Below are positions 1 through 11,629 of a DNA stretch of 64,000 nt, piece after piece. Below the pieces are notes generated by a model, which worked only from the letters and a program-made list of their open reading frames with translations, was not told the DNA's origin and ran no database searches. The DNA is from an uncultured virus (IMG/VR IMGVR_UViG_3300047356_001345) (Duplodnaviria; Heunggongvirae; Uroviricota; Caudoviricetes): the IMG/VR virus record IMGVR_UViG_3300047356_001345; one strand, written 5' to 3'. Position numbers and translations under genes: made by a program. Positions within the stretch are counted from its first letter, which is position 1. Each line of letters begins with the position of its first letter.

Positions 1-3000
1 ATAGTCTATGTAAACAATATTGTAAAAAAACAAGGCGTTGATTTTAATTTTGCCACTGATGCAAATAACAGAATAAATGTACAGTTTTTTACTGACTTAA
101 ATGTAGATGATATTTTAATAATTAAAGCTCATTCAAAAACAGCAAATAAAACAAGTAAAGGATATTATGAAACTGCTCATAATTTTGAAAGAAATCCTTT
201 AAACGAAGACATTACACAATTTACTTTAGGTGAAGTCAGCGACCACGTGGATAGCGTTGCAGAAGAAGTACCTAACTTTGTAGGAACACAACCTGGCGCA
301 AACAATTTGCGTGATCTAGGAAATGTAAAAAAATACGGTAGAAAATTTGTACAACATAGTGGACCGATTAATTTGCCATTATTTACTATCAGTAACAAAG
401 AAAATAATTTAGTTGCTGCACTAAACTTTGCCAAAAATGAATATAGTAAATTTAAAAGGGCGTTTGTACAAGAAGCTGAAAATTTAAATTTAGACGGATC
501 AATAAAAGAACAAGTAGATCAAGTTTTATTATCATTAGTAAAAGATAAAAAATCAAGTATGCCTTTTTATCATTCAGATATGACAGGTATTGGCGCAAAT
601 AAAAAAATAGAACACAAAGTTTTAGACCCTGATATTAAATTCTATGCATTATCAAATGTGTTTACTCTAGATACATTAAGTGAAAAAGCTGTAAACGTTT
701 ATGTAAATGGTGAGCAAGTTTGTGTAAATTTAGATTATGTTTTTACTAGTGAAGGCTTTGTGCAATTCACTACAGAGTTTAATTTAGTGCTAAACGATAT
801 GATTGAGATATACGAATATGAAACTACTAATGGTAGCTATATTCCTCAAACACCTACAAAATTAGGATTGTATCCTGCATACAAGCCAGAAGTATTTTCC
901 GACACAACATATCAAGAAGCGCAAACAGCGATCAGAGGACACGACGGAAGTATAATAATTGGTTATAACGATTATAGAGATAATTTGTTATTAGAATTAG
1001 AAAAAAGATTTTACAATAACATAAAAGTTTCGTATGACAAGAGTATATTTGATATTTGGGATTATGTAAGTGGTGAATACAGAAATAGTAAAGTAAAAGT
1101 TGGTGATTTAAATAAAATTCTTATTAGTGATTTTGTAAACTGGTTAACAAAAGCAGGTAATGCTGATTATACTGATAATAGTTTTGTATCTGAAACACAA
1201 ACATTTACATATAATTACGGTTTTGGAAGCAATAAAAATAATTTACCGTTAGCAGGATTTTGGAGAGGCATTTATATTAATGCTTATGATACTGATTCGC
1301 CAAACTTACGTCCTTGGGAAATGCTTGGATTAAGTGTAAAGCCTTCGTGGTGGGAAAGCAAATACGGCCCTGCACCTTATACACAAAATAATCTAGTACT
1401 GTGGAATGATTTAGAAAAAGGTATAATTAGATCTAGCAACCTAATACGTACTGATAAAAGATTTATTCGCCCTGGATTAACAAAACATATTCCTGTAGAC
1501 CAAAACGGTAATGTACGTAGTCCTTTAAACAGTGGTTATGTAAATGAATTTAGTTTTTCAGTGCAAAATGGCCAAACATTTAAATTTGGTGATCATACAC
1601 CTACTGAAACTGCTTGGAGACGTAGTAGCGAATATCCTTTTGCATTATTAAAAGCAATTATGATTAATAGACCGGCACAAGTATTAGGTGTTGGGTTTGA
1701 TAGATCAAGAATTAGCAGAAATTTAACAGGGCAACTTGTATACAACGGAGAAACTAGCCAAAGAATAAAATTATCTAACTTATTGTGTACCAACACACAA
1801 AAAGATGGAGAACAAATTTTGACTGCAGGCTTTAGTAACTACATTTACGATTATATGGCAAGTGACGTAACTAGTCAATATGAAAATTTTACAAAAAAGT
1901 TAAAAAATCTTAAACACAAGATTGCATTCAAGTTAGGCGGGTTTGGTGAAAAACAAAAATTAAAACTTGTATTAGATAGCAAAAATCCTTCTAATAAAGG
2001 AAATGTTTTTGTTCCATTTGAAAATTATAAGATAGATTTGGTACAAAGTTCTCCACTTACAACTGTAACATATAGCGGTGTTATTATCGAAAAACGAACA
2101 AACGGATTCAAAATATCTGGATATGACAAAGAAAATCCTGTATTTACTTATAGCACTCCGATTTTATCTAGTAATGATATTGCGATTAATGTAGGGGGCA
2201 TAAGTGAAAGCTTTTTATATTGGACAGAAGATAAACAATATATTGCAGGTAAAATTGTAAGATATGAAAATACATATTATAGAGTAAATGTAAACCATAC
2301 AACAACTGATCAATTTGATCCAAGTTTCTATAGTCCGTTACGTAATTTGCCTATTATCGGAGGAGCAACTGCAACTCTTAGAAAAAACTTTGGCAACGAT
2401 ACTAATACAATTAATTACGGTGCAGTATTAGCAACTGCACAAGAAGTTGTAGATTTTATACAGGGTTATGAAGATTACTTAAAAAAGCAAGGATTTGTTT
2501 TTGACTTTTTTAACCGTGAAACTGAAGCCGTTGAAGACTGGACATTAAGCATAAAAGAGTTTCTATTCTATACAACACAAAACTGGAGTGTAGGAACAAT
2601 AATTACACTAAGTCCGTGTGCAAATAGTTTGACTTTTGGAAAAGATTATTTTGTTATAGATAATGTTAAGGAAAATATATTTGGTTATAAAATACTTAAT
2701 TTAGACGGAACTGCGGTCAAAGATTATAGTGTTAATATTAGTAGAGATACCGGTAATAGTGTTACTATTTTGCCAAACACTGCTGACAATGCAATTTACT
2801 TTTGCAAGTTAGGTTTGATACAAAAAGATCATTCGGTAATTATAGATAATAAAACAGTGTTCAATGATACAATATATAATCCATCAAGTGGGTATAGACA
2901 AGAACGTATAAAAGTTGTAGGTTATAGAACAGATAATTGGAATGGTAATTTAAATATTCCAGGATTTATTTACGATCAAGCAAATATTACAGAATGGGAA

Positions 3001-6000
3001 CAGTGGCAGGATTATGCACTTGGCGATTTAGTAAAATATAAAGAATTTTATTATTCAGCCAATATATTTATAAGTGGAGATTCTGTATTTGACAGCAGTT
3101 TATGGAATAGATTAGACGATAGACCAGAAAGCGGTCTCAAAGCAAACTTTGATTACAAAGTAAATCAGTTTGCAGATTTTTATGATTTAGATACAGATAA
3201 TTTTGATACTGAACAGCAACGCCTTGCGCAGCATTTGATTGGTTATCAGAAAAGAGAATATCTTGATAATATAATTGAAGATGATATTAGCCAATATAAA
3301 TTTTATCAAGGATTTATCCAAGAAAAAGGAACACTGAATAGTTTAACTAAATTCTTTGATAAATTAGGAAGTACAGATCAAGAAAGTTTAGAGTTTTATG
3401 AAGAATGGGCAATAAGAAATGCTCAATACGGCGCAACTGATACATTTGATGAACTTGAATATAAACTAGACGAAACAAAATTTAGAATTGAACCTCAATT
3501 AATTGAACTTGTTGATGCTGTGGACACAAACAGAACAGACTTAGTTTATGAAATTCCTGAATCAAAAGTTTATATAAAACCGCAAAACTATACCAAAAAT
3601 CCATTTCCTTACAAATATAGCACAGATGAATATTCTAAAACTGCTGGCTATGTTAGTTTAGATCAAATAGACTTTCTTGCTAAAACACCAAATGATATTT
3701 TGGAATTAGATATAGCCAATGTCCCGATAGATAATATAATTTGGGTAACGTCAGAAAAAAATAGCTGGAACATATATCAACACACTCTTATTTCAAACAG
3801 AGTTGAAACATATACTAAAACAACTACAGGATTTGATTTAAAATTTGATAGTATTCCTGATTTAGCTATAGGTGAAATATTTGGTGTACAATTTATTGAC
3901 GATAATATCGACGGATTTTATAAAATAAACAATATTTCTGGTACTGTTGTCAGTGTAGTAGCTGATATTACTTTTAATGAAGAATTTTTAGACTTGAATG
4001 ATAGTACTACTGGTATTATTACTAAATTACTTTCAAAACGTTACGATACTCCTAGTAATGTAAATGCAGATATTAATAAATTTGGATTAAATGAAAACAA
4101 TACTATCTGGATAGATAATGTTGCAAATGACAAATTTGGTGTATTTAAAAACAACAAAATTTTCTCAGGAAAACAAGAATTGTTTAACATAGAAAACGGA
4201 GACGGCGGATACGGATCTAGTTTTGCTGTAAACGACTTTAATAGTATATTTGCAGTCGGTAGGCCAATAGATGGCAAGGTTTATGTTTATACTAGGTCAA
4301 GCGAAACACAAACGTTAAACTTTATACAAGAAATAATTGTACCTACAAATTTACATAATAGTGCAAGTGCATTTGGCCAAAAAATTAAATTTTCCGGAGA
4401 TGGTCAGTTTATGTTCGTAGCAGCGCCTCTTGCAAGTAATGTTAAAACACGATACAGGGGCGAAGCTGAATCATCATTCAACATTTTAAAAGATGATATT
4501 GTAAGCGATAGAGGCACGTTATGGAGAGCAAAAAGGGCTACAGATGATGATAGTAGTAGCATTAATACAAACAGTAGAGATTGGGAACAAGTCTACAAAA
4601 TTCCTGCAGACGATGAAGGATATGCAAGTGGATTAACCAACCAAGGTATTGTTTATGTATATAAGAAAAATCTAGATAACTCATATTACTTGTTAGAACA
4701 ATTTGTTTCAAATGAACCTACTGGCGATGAAAAATTTGGTATTGGCTTGGAAACTGCATTTACTACAGATGAAACATATAAACTTTATGTACGCAGTGAA
4801 GGCAATAACGGTAGAGTTTATCTTTACGACACAACTTATTCTATAATGGAAATGAGAGGAACAATAGATGTTACATTTAGAGGAGACTGGGATAACTTCC
4901 ATTCATATGTAACTGGTGCTATTGTTCAAGAAAATGGACAACTGTATAAAGCAAAAGTCGATATTCCAAAAGGCGGTAACGGCCCAACAGATATTGCGTT
5001 ATGGGAAAGTGTTGATAATAATGTAGACAGATTTGGTTATTTGCCTTACAGTTCAACAATTCAAGGCGATAATGACAGCACTGCATTTAACAATACGAAT
5101 CAAGCAGGAAAAAATATTGATGTAAGCACAAACGGTGAAGTTTTAACATTTACTGCTTTTAATACTAGTACAGATGAATTTCAAGTAAATGTATATAGAT
5201 TACAAGAAGGACGCTATGCTTTTTATGAAGCTATCACTACGCCAAATACAGATATCTTATGGGGAACAAGTGTAGCATTAAGTGACGATGGAAATTATAT
5301 AGCAGTAGGTGCTAATTCAGCAGATATAGAAACAAATACCGATACCGGTATAGATAAAGGACTTGTCTATATTTACAAATATAATTCATCTTCGCTTGCT
5401 TTTGAAAACACACAGACGTTACAAGCTCCTGCTTCTAGTAAAAATGAAAGATTCGGATATAAGGTTGAATTTAGTAATAATAAATTATGTGTAATTGGTA
5501 TTAATGGTTTAAATATTGGTGGTACACAATTTGATTCAAATGCTACTTCCTTTGATAATAATAGTACAAAGTTATATGATTTTTCAAGTAGAAGACCGCA
5601 AGCATATACTTACGAACTTTTGAATGAAATTTACACTGTAAGTGAAGTTATTGATTACGAATCATATTATATAGACAACGGCCTGACATTACAAAGAGAC
5701 TTGTCAACTGCCGATGATGTAGAAATATTATATCAAAATAATCACTTGTATCTAGGATTTGAAGGATTAGACACAGGTGATAGTAAATTTGGTTTAATTT
5801 TTGATTTACGTCACGACAAAGATATTACAAACTGGAACACGCTTGGCGAAGCAACAGATTTTATTAATTATGATAAAATGCGTGGAGCCTTTTTATACGA
5901 TAGTGTAACAAGTGATTTAATTACATATATAGATTTGATAGATCCTATCCAAGGTAAAATTGCTAATGCTGCTGAAAGAGAAATAAATTATAAACTTTAT

Positions 6001-9000
6001 TATGATCCAGCAGTGTATAATATTGGTAATACAAATACCGGAGTAGTTAATCCTTGGGGCGAAGAACGTGTTGGCGAGTTGCTGTGGGATTTGAATGCAG
6101 TCAAATGGTATAATCCATACCAAAAAAATGCTGATTATAGTTCTAATGTTTGGAACAAAATTATACCTGGTTACAGTATTGATATCTATGAATGGGTATC
6201 TTCAACATTATTACCAGACGAATGGGACGCTATTGCAGATACCACAGAAGGTTTAGCAGATGGTGTAAGTGGTGTATCTAGATACGGCAATCAACGATAT
6301 GTAAGAAAAAATGTTTACGATCCAATTACTGGTTTGTTTTCGGCAAAATATTACTATTGGGTAAAAAACTCAAAAGTTTTACCAACAATTACAAACAGAA
6401 CTATTACTGCTAATGCTGTTGCATCGTTAATTGAGGATCCTGCTGCTAACGGATATAGATTCTTAGGTATGTTTGGAAGAAATAATTTTGCAATATACAA
6501 TTGTACAAATTTAGTAAAAGACACTGACACTGTTTTGCATTTTGAATATTATAATACTGAAGAAGTAAAAATTAATAATATACATAGAGAATACAACCTT
6601 CTTACAGAAGGTCTTGCTACAAGTCAGCCCAATGATAGAGTTGTAAGTAAATGGATAGATAGTTTAGTAGGATACGATAAACAAAGAACATTGTTACCTG
6701 TAACAACTTTAAGTCCGGCTAGAAGATATGGAATTTTGGATGATCCTTTACAAACAATGTTTGTAAACCGTACAGAAGCATTAAAGCAAGTTATCGAAAG
6801 AATAAATCTTGTTTTATCAAAAAAATTAATTGTAGATGAATTTGATATAAGTGGACTATCTTCTAAAGATCCACAACCTACTAATGTCTCAAGAGAATAC
6901 GATACTGTTGTAGAGAATGAAACATTGTTACGTTTTATCGGTACATCTAAATTAGACCAAGCACAATTAAGTGTTGATATTGTAGATGGCAGATTGACAA
7001 AAGTCACTATTACAAATGCAGGTAGAGGCTATATTGATCCTGCATTTAACAGTGCAACTGATACTAAACGTAGAGGTCCAAAAGTTACAATTACAGGTTC
7101 TGGCATAGGAGCTGAAATTGAAACTGTTATTAATAATCTTGGTCAAGTTATAGAAGCAAATATTATAAATGAAGGTAAAAATTATAATTCAACAACTACG
7201 ACTGTTACTGTAAGGCCATTTACTGCATTAATTACAACTGATACTACATTGTTAGGTTTTTGGGCAACTTATATCTGGAATTCAACCGAAAAAGAATGGA
7301 TACGTATTAATAATCAAAGTTATGATGCCAGCCTTTATTGGAAATACATAGATTGGTATGCAGAAGGCTACAGTAAAGAAACAAATATTGATTACTTAGT
7401 ACCAGGAAGTTATGCTCTCGGTGGGCTAAAAGACAATTTAGGCGATATTATAAAAATAGAAACTATTGGCTCTGGTGGTTGGTTATTATTGAAAAAAATA
7501 GATAATCAATTAGAAGTAGATTATACTGTAAACTATGAAACAATAGGAAGACAAAACGGAACTATAGAATTTAGTAGATTGTTATTTAACAACGAACGTT
7601 TTGGATTCGACAAAGCAGTTTACGATAGCGCATTGTATGACAGAGATGCAGGCGAAGAAGTAAGAATAATTTTAAACACAATTAATCAAACTATATTTGT
7701 AGACGAATTGAAAGTAGAGTGGAATAAACTTTTCTTTAGTAGTGTGAGATATGCACTTGCTGAACAACCGACCATAGATTGGATATTCAAAACTGCATTT
7801 ATAAAAGCAAAACATAACGTAGGTGGATTAGATCAAAAAACAACATACAAGAGTGATAGTTTAGAAAGCTACAACGACTATGTAAATGAAGTAAAACCTT
7901 ATAGCACAAAAATTAGAGAATTTGTTAGTGCTTATGAAAATATTGATCCTACACAAACAAACGTAACTGATTTTGATTTACCTCCACGATATGATTTAAA
8001 TGCTGAAAAAATTGTATCAGAAACTGCACAAGTCTTAGATAGTCAAATTAGAAATTACAGTGAGTTTGTAACAACTTATCCTCAAAAAAATTGGTTTGAC
8101 AATGTAGGATTTGAAGTAAAAGAAGTTGTATTGACAGATGGCGGAACTGGCTGGACAAATGCACCTAGATTAGTTATGAGCGGTGGCGGCGGCCCAACAG
8201 TAATTGGTTCTACCACTATCAACGAAGGCAAAGTTACAGGTATTGTAATTGATTTTGCAAACTTAAAATATATAACAGCTCCTACTTTAACATTTGAAGG
8301 TGATCAAGAAGATTATAGTACAGCCAAGCCAGCTAGAGCAACTGCTATCATTGGCAATTCTCCGGTTAGATCAACACATATGTTAATAAAGTTTGATAGG
8401 ATTACAGGAAGTTATTTTGTTACTGATTTGGATGTTACGCAAACATTTACAGGTACAGGATCACAAATTGATTTTATCTTAAAATGGCCAATTGATGTTA
8501 GGCCTTCTAAGATTACAGTCACAGTAGACGGAGTTGAACAACTAGCAACAGATTACAGTATTAGTAATATACTAGATAAAACTGTAACCTATCCAAGATA
8601 TTATGGTGTAGTGAGTTTTGCAAATGCACCATCAAATAACAAAACTATCGTAATTGAATACGACAAAGATGTGAATTATCTAAGTGCATCAGATAGAATT
8701 AATTTTTACTATAATCCAACAACTGGTCAGTTTGGTAAAGAATTATCTCAACTTATGGATGGCGTAGACTATGGCGGTGTGCAAATTGATACAGCAAGCT
8801 TTGGAGCATCACAAGGTTTTAACAACGGAGATTTATTTGGTTCTACACCATTTGATAGATTTAGTGGGAACCTAGAAGATGAAGTATTTGTGCTTGATGG
8901 TAGTACAGGATCAATAACTGTTAGTGTGCCATTTGAAGCAGGTGTAAAATATAATGTATATTATAAGGCTGCAACAGCAGGTATTAATGATAATCCTGTA

Positions 9001-11610
9001 AGAATTGATAGTGAAGCTTACGGAACATCAGAAGCACCAGAAGATTCAATAATGTTGACTATTACAGGTGACGGAATAACAAGCACATTTATACTAGATG
9101 AAGATCAACTAGTAACTAGAGACGGCGATACGATAATTGTTAGAAAAGAAACAAGCGATGGTGCAGTTACACCAAGTGGCGTAATCTTTGATACACAAAT
9201 AAATGGCGGCGATTTAACAAATGTTGCAGGACAGTTTAGTACAGCAACAGGCATTGACGCAGGCAATATTGTAATTGACGGTGATGATTTTGTAAGTCCA
9301 ACAACAAGTAAAGGTACCGAAGAACAAGTACCTGGACAAATTTTAGATACACTAGATCTACAAGTTTACGAGCGTGTAAATGACGGACAAGGCGTAATTA
9401 CTGTACAAAATTTTAGAACAGATGGCGGCAGTGCTGAATACTATTTAGAAAATTTACCAGCTACACAAGATAGTGTAATTGTAAAATTAGATAATGTTGT
9501 TTTAGATCCTGCACAGTATGAAATAGATTATTCAGAAAAACTACTTAGGATTTCGGATAGTAGTTTATTACCAGTTGGAAAGCATCTTTCTTTCTTGACA
9601 ATTGGTACAAATGGGTCTAACATAATAGAAAGTGATACGTTTACTGGTGACGGTAACACTGCTAACTTTGTAACGTTTTATAAGTTTGAACAAAACGTAA
9701 CGGCAGTAGTAAGTGTTAACGGAGTCATAAGTACATCTTTTGGATTAGATGCATCAGGACCTGAATATGGCGATAATGCAAATAAGGTTATGCTTGTATT
9801 TGGTGAAGTGCCACCGGCTAATAGCATTATAACATATACTCTTTATAAAGGTACAGGAAAGCAATACAGTCAACTTGCAATAGATGATACGTTTGATAGA
9901 ACTGTATCTACACAAAGATCACACACTTTTGGATCAAATGGTGCAGTACCACTGCCGTTTAACAAAAAACCAATTAGTCATAATATCCTAGTTAAAGTAG
10001 GCGATAAATTTTTAGATGCTGGATATGTCAAAAAGCACACTATGACAGTTGATAGAGCATATGAAATAGACAATTGGCAATTATTAGATCAAACTAAAAT
10101 TTCTCAATTAGATATTTTAGTTTATATAAATGATCAATTAGTTGATCCTATAAATTATATATACAGTACTACAAACGGCAGAATAGAATTTACAACCAGA
10201 GAAATTGGAAAATCTGGAGATATACTTAGAGTATATTTAATAGACAATGCAGAATACTTTTTTGTAGATACAGTAATTAAATTAAGCAATGCAGGCACGT
10301 TAGTTGATTACGCTCCATTAGATCAAATTAATTTTACACTCAATGATAGCACTAATGTAATTGGTACTGTACAGGAATATACAAAGACTGGACAAGAAGT
10401 TACAATTAAGTTACAAGGATATGTTAGGGATCTAATAGCACTTGCTGCTAAAGACGATACGCCGTCGTTATACTTTGACGATAGCACTGATTTTAAAATT
10501 GATAGTATCAGAGTTGTAGATAGTGAAAGATTAAGTTTAAAAGATATTCCTACACAAGATGTAAAAATTTATGTATTTTCAAATCACGATACAAATGAAT
10601 TTGAAAGACTAAGTTTACGTGTTTCATATGAGGATACAAATGCAGCAGAAGGATCTGCTAATTATCTTACAAGAAACTTACTTAGCAGAGGTGAAATAAA
10701 ACTAGACAAGAAAATACCCGGTCCTGAATATGCTTGGGTATTTCTAAATGGCAAGTTTTTAACTTCGCAAGCAGATTATACATTATCTGATAATAGACAA
10801 TCAATTATTTTAAGTGAGCGCCCAATAAAAAATGATAGAATTGAAATATTATATTTTACTGCTGATGTAAGTAAGCAGAAATTTGCATATAGAATATTCA
10901 AAGACGTTCTCAATAGATATCATTATAAGAGAATTAACAGCGGAATGGAATATGATTTAGCAGTTGATTTAAATTGGTATGATCTAAGTATTAACTTAAA
11001 AAGTTCAGATGGTTTAGATGAACCTAATAAAGAGCTTGCAATTCCTGGTATAATTTTTATAAACGGTGAAAGAATTGAATATTTTGTAAAACAAGGAAAT
11101 GTATTAAGACAATTAAGAAGAGGAACACTAGGAACTGGTGTAAAAGATGTGCATTCAGCTAATAGCAGAGTTTTCCATCAAGGTGTAAGCGAGACTATTC
11201 CTTACCAAGATACTACATATACACAACTATTTACAGGTGATGGTGCAGCAAAAACATTTAATTTAAATTGGACACCAACAAGTGTTAATGAATTTGATGT
11301 TTTTGTAGCTGGTACAAGATTAAGAAAAGCTACACCAATTGATCCAAATAATTCTACTGCTGATACTAATTATTATCAGTACAACGAAGCATTAGATCAA
11401 GATAGTCCAGGAGGAGATGTAGTAGTTCCAGCAGAATTTACTGTTGAAAATAATATTTTAACATTAGTTACTGCACCTCTTGCTGATACTGAAATTAGAA
11501 TAATTAGAAAAACTGGTAAAATTTGGAATGATGACGGAATAAGTCTTGCAAGCAGTAAGAACACTATAAGCAGATTCCTAACAGATAGCACATATAAGCT
11601 CGCCCGATAA
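1..11610 (+). CDS. Giant virion structural protein, probably baseplate wedge/hub-associated; 5' end lies upstream of the window (>3,869 aa)
   Basis: Frame 1 is open from base 1 (IVYVNNIVKKQGVDF...), so the track start at 247 is not the true start. Has FG-GAP-like propeller blades (FGQKIKFSGDGQFMFVAAP, WGTSVALSDDGNYIAVGA), W-x5-Y-x2-G-x2-V small carbohydrate-binding-like repeats and F-T-G-D-G Ig-like repeats. Sits directly upstream of tail-fibre genes. Confidence 0.75.
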   Translation: MVYVNNIVKKQGVDFNFATDANNRINVQFFTDLNVDDILIIKAHSKTANKTSKGYYETAHNFERNPLNEDITQFTLGEVSDHVDSVAEEVPNFVGTQPGANNLRDLGNVKKYGRKFVQHSGPINLPLFTISNKENNLVAALNFAKNEYSKFKRAFVQEAENLNLDGSIKEQVDQVLLSLVKDKKSSMPFYHSDMTGIGANKKIEHKVLDPDIKFYALSNVFTLDTLSEKAVNVYVNGEQVCVNLDYVFTSEGFVQFTTEFNLVLNDMIEIYEYETTNGSYIPQTPTKLGLYPAYKPEVFSDTTYQEAQTAIRGHDGSIIIGYNDYRDNLLLELEKRFYNNIKVSYDKSIFDIWDYVSGEYRNSKVKVGDLNKILISDFVNWLTKAGNADYTDNSFVSETQTFTYNYGFGSNKNNLPLAGFWRGIYINAYDTDSPNLRPWEMLGLSVKPSWWESKYGPAPYTQNNLVLWNDLEKGIIRSSNLIRTDKRFIRPGLTKHIPVDQNGNVRSPLNSGYVNEFSFSVQNGQTFKFGDHTPTETAWRRSSEYPFALLKAIMINRPAQVLGVGFDRSRISRNLTGQLVYNGETSQRIKLSNLLCTNTQKDGEQILTAGFSNYIYDYMASDVTSQYENFTKKLKNLKHKIAFKLGGFGEKQKLKLVLDSKNPSNKGNVFVPFENYKIDLVQSSPLTTVTYSGVIIEKRTNGFKISGYDKENPVFTYSTPILSSNDIAINVGGISESFLYWTEDKQYIAGKIVRYENTYYRVNVNHTTTDQFDPSFYSPLRNLPIIGGATATLRKNFGNDTNTINYGAVLATAQEVVDFIQGYEDYLKKQGFVFDFFNRETEAVEDWTLSIKEFLFYTTQNWSVGTIITLSPCANSLTFGKDYFVIDNVKENIFGYKILNLDGTAVKDYSVNISRDTGNSVTILPNTADNAIYFCKLGLIQKDHSVIIDNKTVFNDTIYNPSSGYRQERIKVVGYRTDNWNGNLNIPGFIYDQANITEWEQWQDYALGDLVKYKEFYYSANIFISGDSVFDSSLWNRLDDRPESGLKANFDYKVNQFADFYDLDTDNFDTEQQRLAQHLIGYQKREYLDNIIEDDISQYKFYQGFIQEKGTLNSLTKFFDKLGSTDQESLEFYEEWAIRNAQYGATDTFDELEYKLDETKFRIEPQLIELVDAVDTNRTDLVYEIPESKVYIKPQNYTKNPFPYKYSTDEYSKTAGYVSLDQIDFLAKTPNDILELDIANVPIDNIIWVTSEKNSWNIYQHTLISNRVETYTKTTTGFDLKFDSIPDLAIGEIFGVQFIDDNIDGFYKINNISGTVVSVVADITFNEEFLDLNDSTTGIITKLLSKRYDTPSNVNADINKFGLNENNTIWIDNVANDKFGVFKNNKIFSGKQELFNIENGDGGYGSSFAVNDFNSIFAVGRPIDGKVYVYTRSSETQTLNFIQEIIVPTNLHNSASAFGQKIKFSGDGQFMFVAAPLASNVKTRYRGEAESSFNILKDDIVSDRGTLWRAKRATDDDSSSINTNSRDWEQVYKIPADDEGYASGLTNQGIVYVYKKNLDNSYYLLEQFVSNEPTGDEKFGIGLETAFTTDETYKLYVRSEGNNGRVYLYDTTYSIMEMRGTIDVTFRGDWDNFHSYVTGAIVQENGQLYKAKVDIPKGGNGPTDIALWESVDNNVDRFGYLPYSSTIQGDNDSTAFNNTNQAGKNIDVSTNGEVLTFTAFNTSTDEFQVNVYRLQEGRYAFYEAITTPNTDILWGTSVALSDDGNYIAVGANSADIETNTDTGIDKGLVYIYKYNSSSLAFENTQTLQAPASSKNERFGYKVEFSNNKLCVIGINGLNIGGTQFDSNATSFDNNSTKLYDFSSRRPQAYTYELLNEIYTVSEVIDYESYYIDNGLTLQRDLSTADDVEILYQNNHLYLGFEGLDTGDSKFGLIFDLRHDKDITNWNTLGEATDFINYDKMRGAFLYDSVTSDLITYIDLIDPIQGKIANAAEREINYKLYYDPAVYNIGNTNTGVVNPWGEERVGELLWDLNAVKWYNPYQKNADYSSNVWNKIIPGYSIDIYEWVSSTLLPDEWDAIADTTEGLADGVSGVSRYGNQRYVRKNVYDPITGLFSAKYYYWVKNSKVLPTITNRTITANAVASLIEDPAANGYRFLGMFGRNNFAIYNCTNLVKDTDTVLHFEYYNTEEVKINNIHREYNLLTEGLATSQPNDRVVSKWIDSLVGYDKQRTLLPVTTLSPARRYGILDDPLQTMFVNRTEALKQVIERINLVLSKKLIVDEFDISGLSSKDPQPTNVSREYDTVVENETLLRFIGTSKLDQAQLSVDIVDGRLTKVTITNAGRGYIDPAFNSATDTKRRGPKVTITGSGIGAEIETVINNLGQVIEANIINEGKNYNSTTTTVTVRPFTALITTDTTLLGFWATYIWNSTEKEWIRINNQSYDASLYWKYIDWYAEGYSKETNIDYLVPGSYALGGLKDNLGDIIKIETIGSGGWLLLKKIDNQLEVDYTVNYETIGRQNGTIEFSRLLFNNERFGFDKAVYDSALYDRDAGEEVRIILNTINQTIFVDELKVEWNKLFFSSVRYALAEQPTIDWIFKTAFIKAKHNVGGLDQKTTYKSDSLESYNDYVNEVKPYSTKIREFVSAYENIDPTQTNVTDFDLPPRYDLNAEKIVSETAQVLDSQIRNYSEFVTTYPQKNWFDNVGFEVKEVVLTDGGTGWTNAPRLVMSGGGGPTVIGSTTINEGKVTGIVIDFANLKYITAPTLTFEGDQEDYSTAKPARATAIIGNSPVRSTHMLIKFDRITGSYFVTDLDVTQTFTGTGSQIDFILKWPIDVRPSKITVTVDGVEQLATDYSISNILDKTVTYPRYYGVVSFANAPSNNKTIVIEYDKDVNYLSASDRINFYYNPTTGQFGKELSQLMDGVDYGGVQIDTASFGASQGFNNGDLFGSTPFDRFSGNLEDEVFVLDGSTGSITVSVPFEAGVKYNVYYKAATAGINDNPVRIDSEAYGTSEAPEDSIMLTITGDGITSTFILDEDQLVTRDGDTIIVRKETSDGAVTPSGVIFDTQINGGDLTNVAGQFSTATGIDAGNIVIDGDDFVSPTTSKGTEEQVPGQILDTLDLQVYERVNDGQGVITVQNFRTDGGSAEYYLENLPATQDSVIVKLDNVVLDPAQYEIDYSEKLLRISDSSLLPVGKHLSFLTIGTNGSNIIESDTFTGDGNTANFVTFYKFEQNVTAVVSVNGVISTSFGLDASGPEYGDNANKVMLVFGEVPPANSIITYTLYKGTGKQYSQLAIDDTFDRTVSTQRSHTFGSNGAVPLPFNKKPISHNILVKVGDKFLDAGYVKKHTMTVDRAYEIDNWQLLDQTKISQLDILVYINDQLVDPINYIYSTTNGRIEFTTREIGKSGDILRVYLIDNAEYFFVDTVIKLSNAGTLVDYAPLDQINFTLNDSTNVIGTVQEYTKTGQEVTIKLQGYVRDLIALAAKDDTPSLYFDDSTDFKIDSIRVVDSERLSLKDIPTQDVKIYVFSNHDTNEFERLSLRVSYEDTNAAEGSANYLTRNLLSRGEIKLDKKIPGPEYAWVFLNGKFLTSQADYTLSDNRQSIILSERPIKNDRIEILYFTADVSKQKFAYRIFKDVLNRYHYKRINSGMEYDLAVDLNWYDLSINLKSSDGLDEPNKELAIPGIIFINGERIEYFVKQGNVLRQLRRGTLGTGVKDVHSANSRVFHQGVSETIPYQDTTYTQLFTGDGAAKTFNLNWTPTSVNEFDVFVAGTRLRKATPIDPNNSTADTNYYQYNEALDQDSPGGDVVVPAEFTVENNILTLVTAPLADTEIRIIRKTGKIWNDDGISLASSKNTISRFLTDSTYKLAR

Positions 11611-11613
11611 ATA
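11607..11613 (+). promoter_or_regulatory. T4-late-like promoter motif ATAAATA
   Basis: Overlaps the stop of the giant gene, upstream of SD and ATG 11630; similar to T4 late TATAAATA. Confidence 0.5.
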
Positions 11614-11629
11614 CAATAAGGATAGTATT

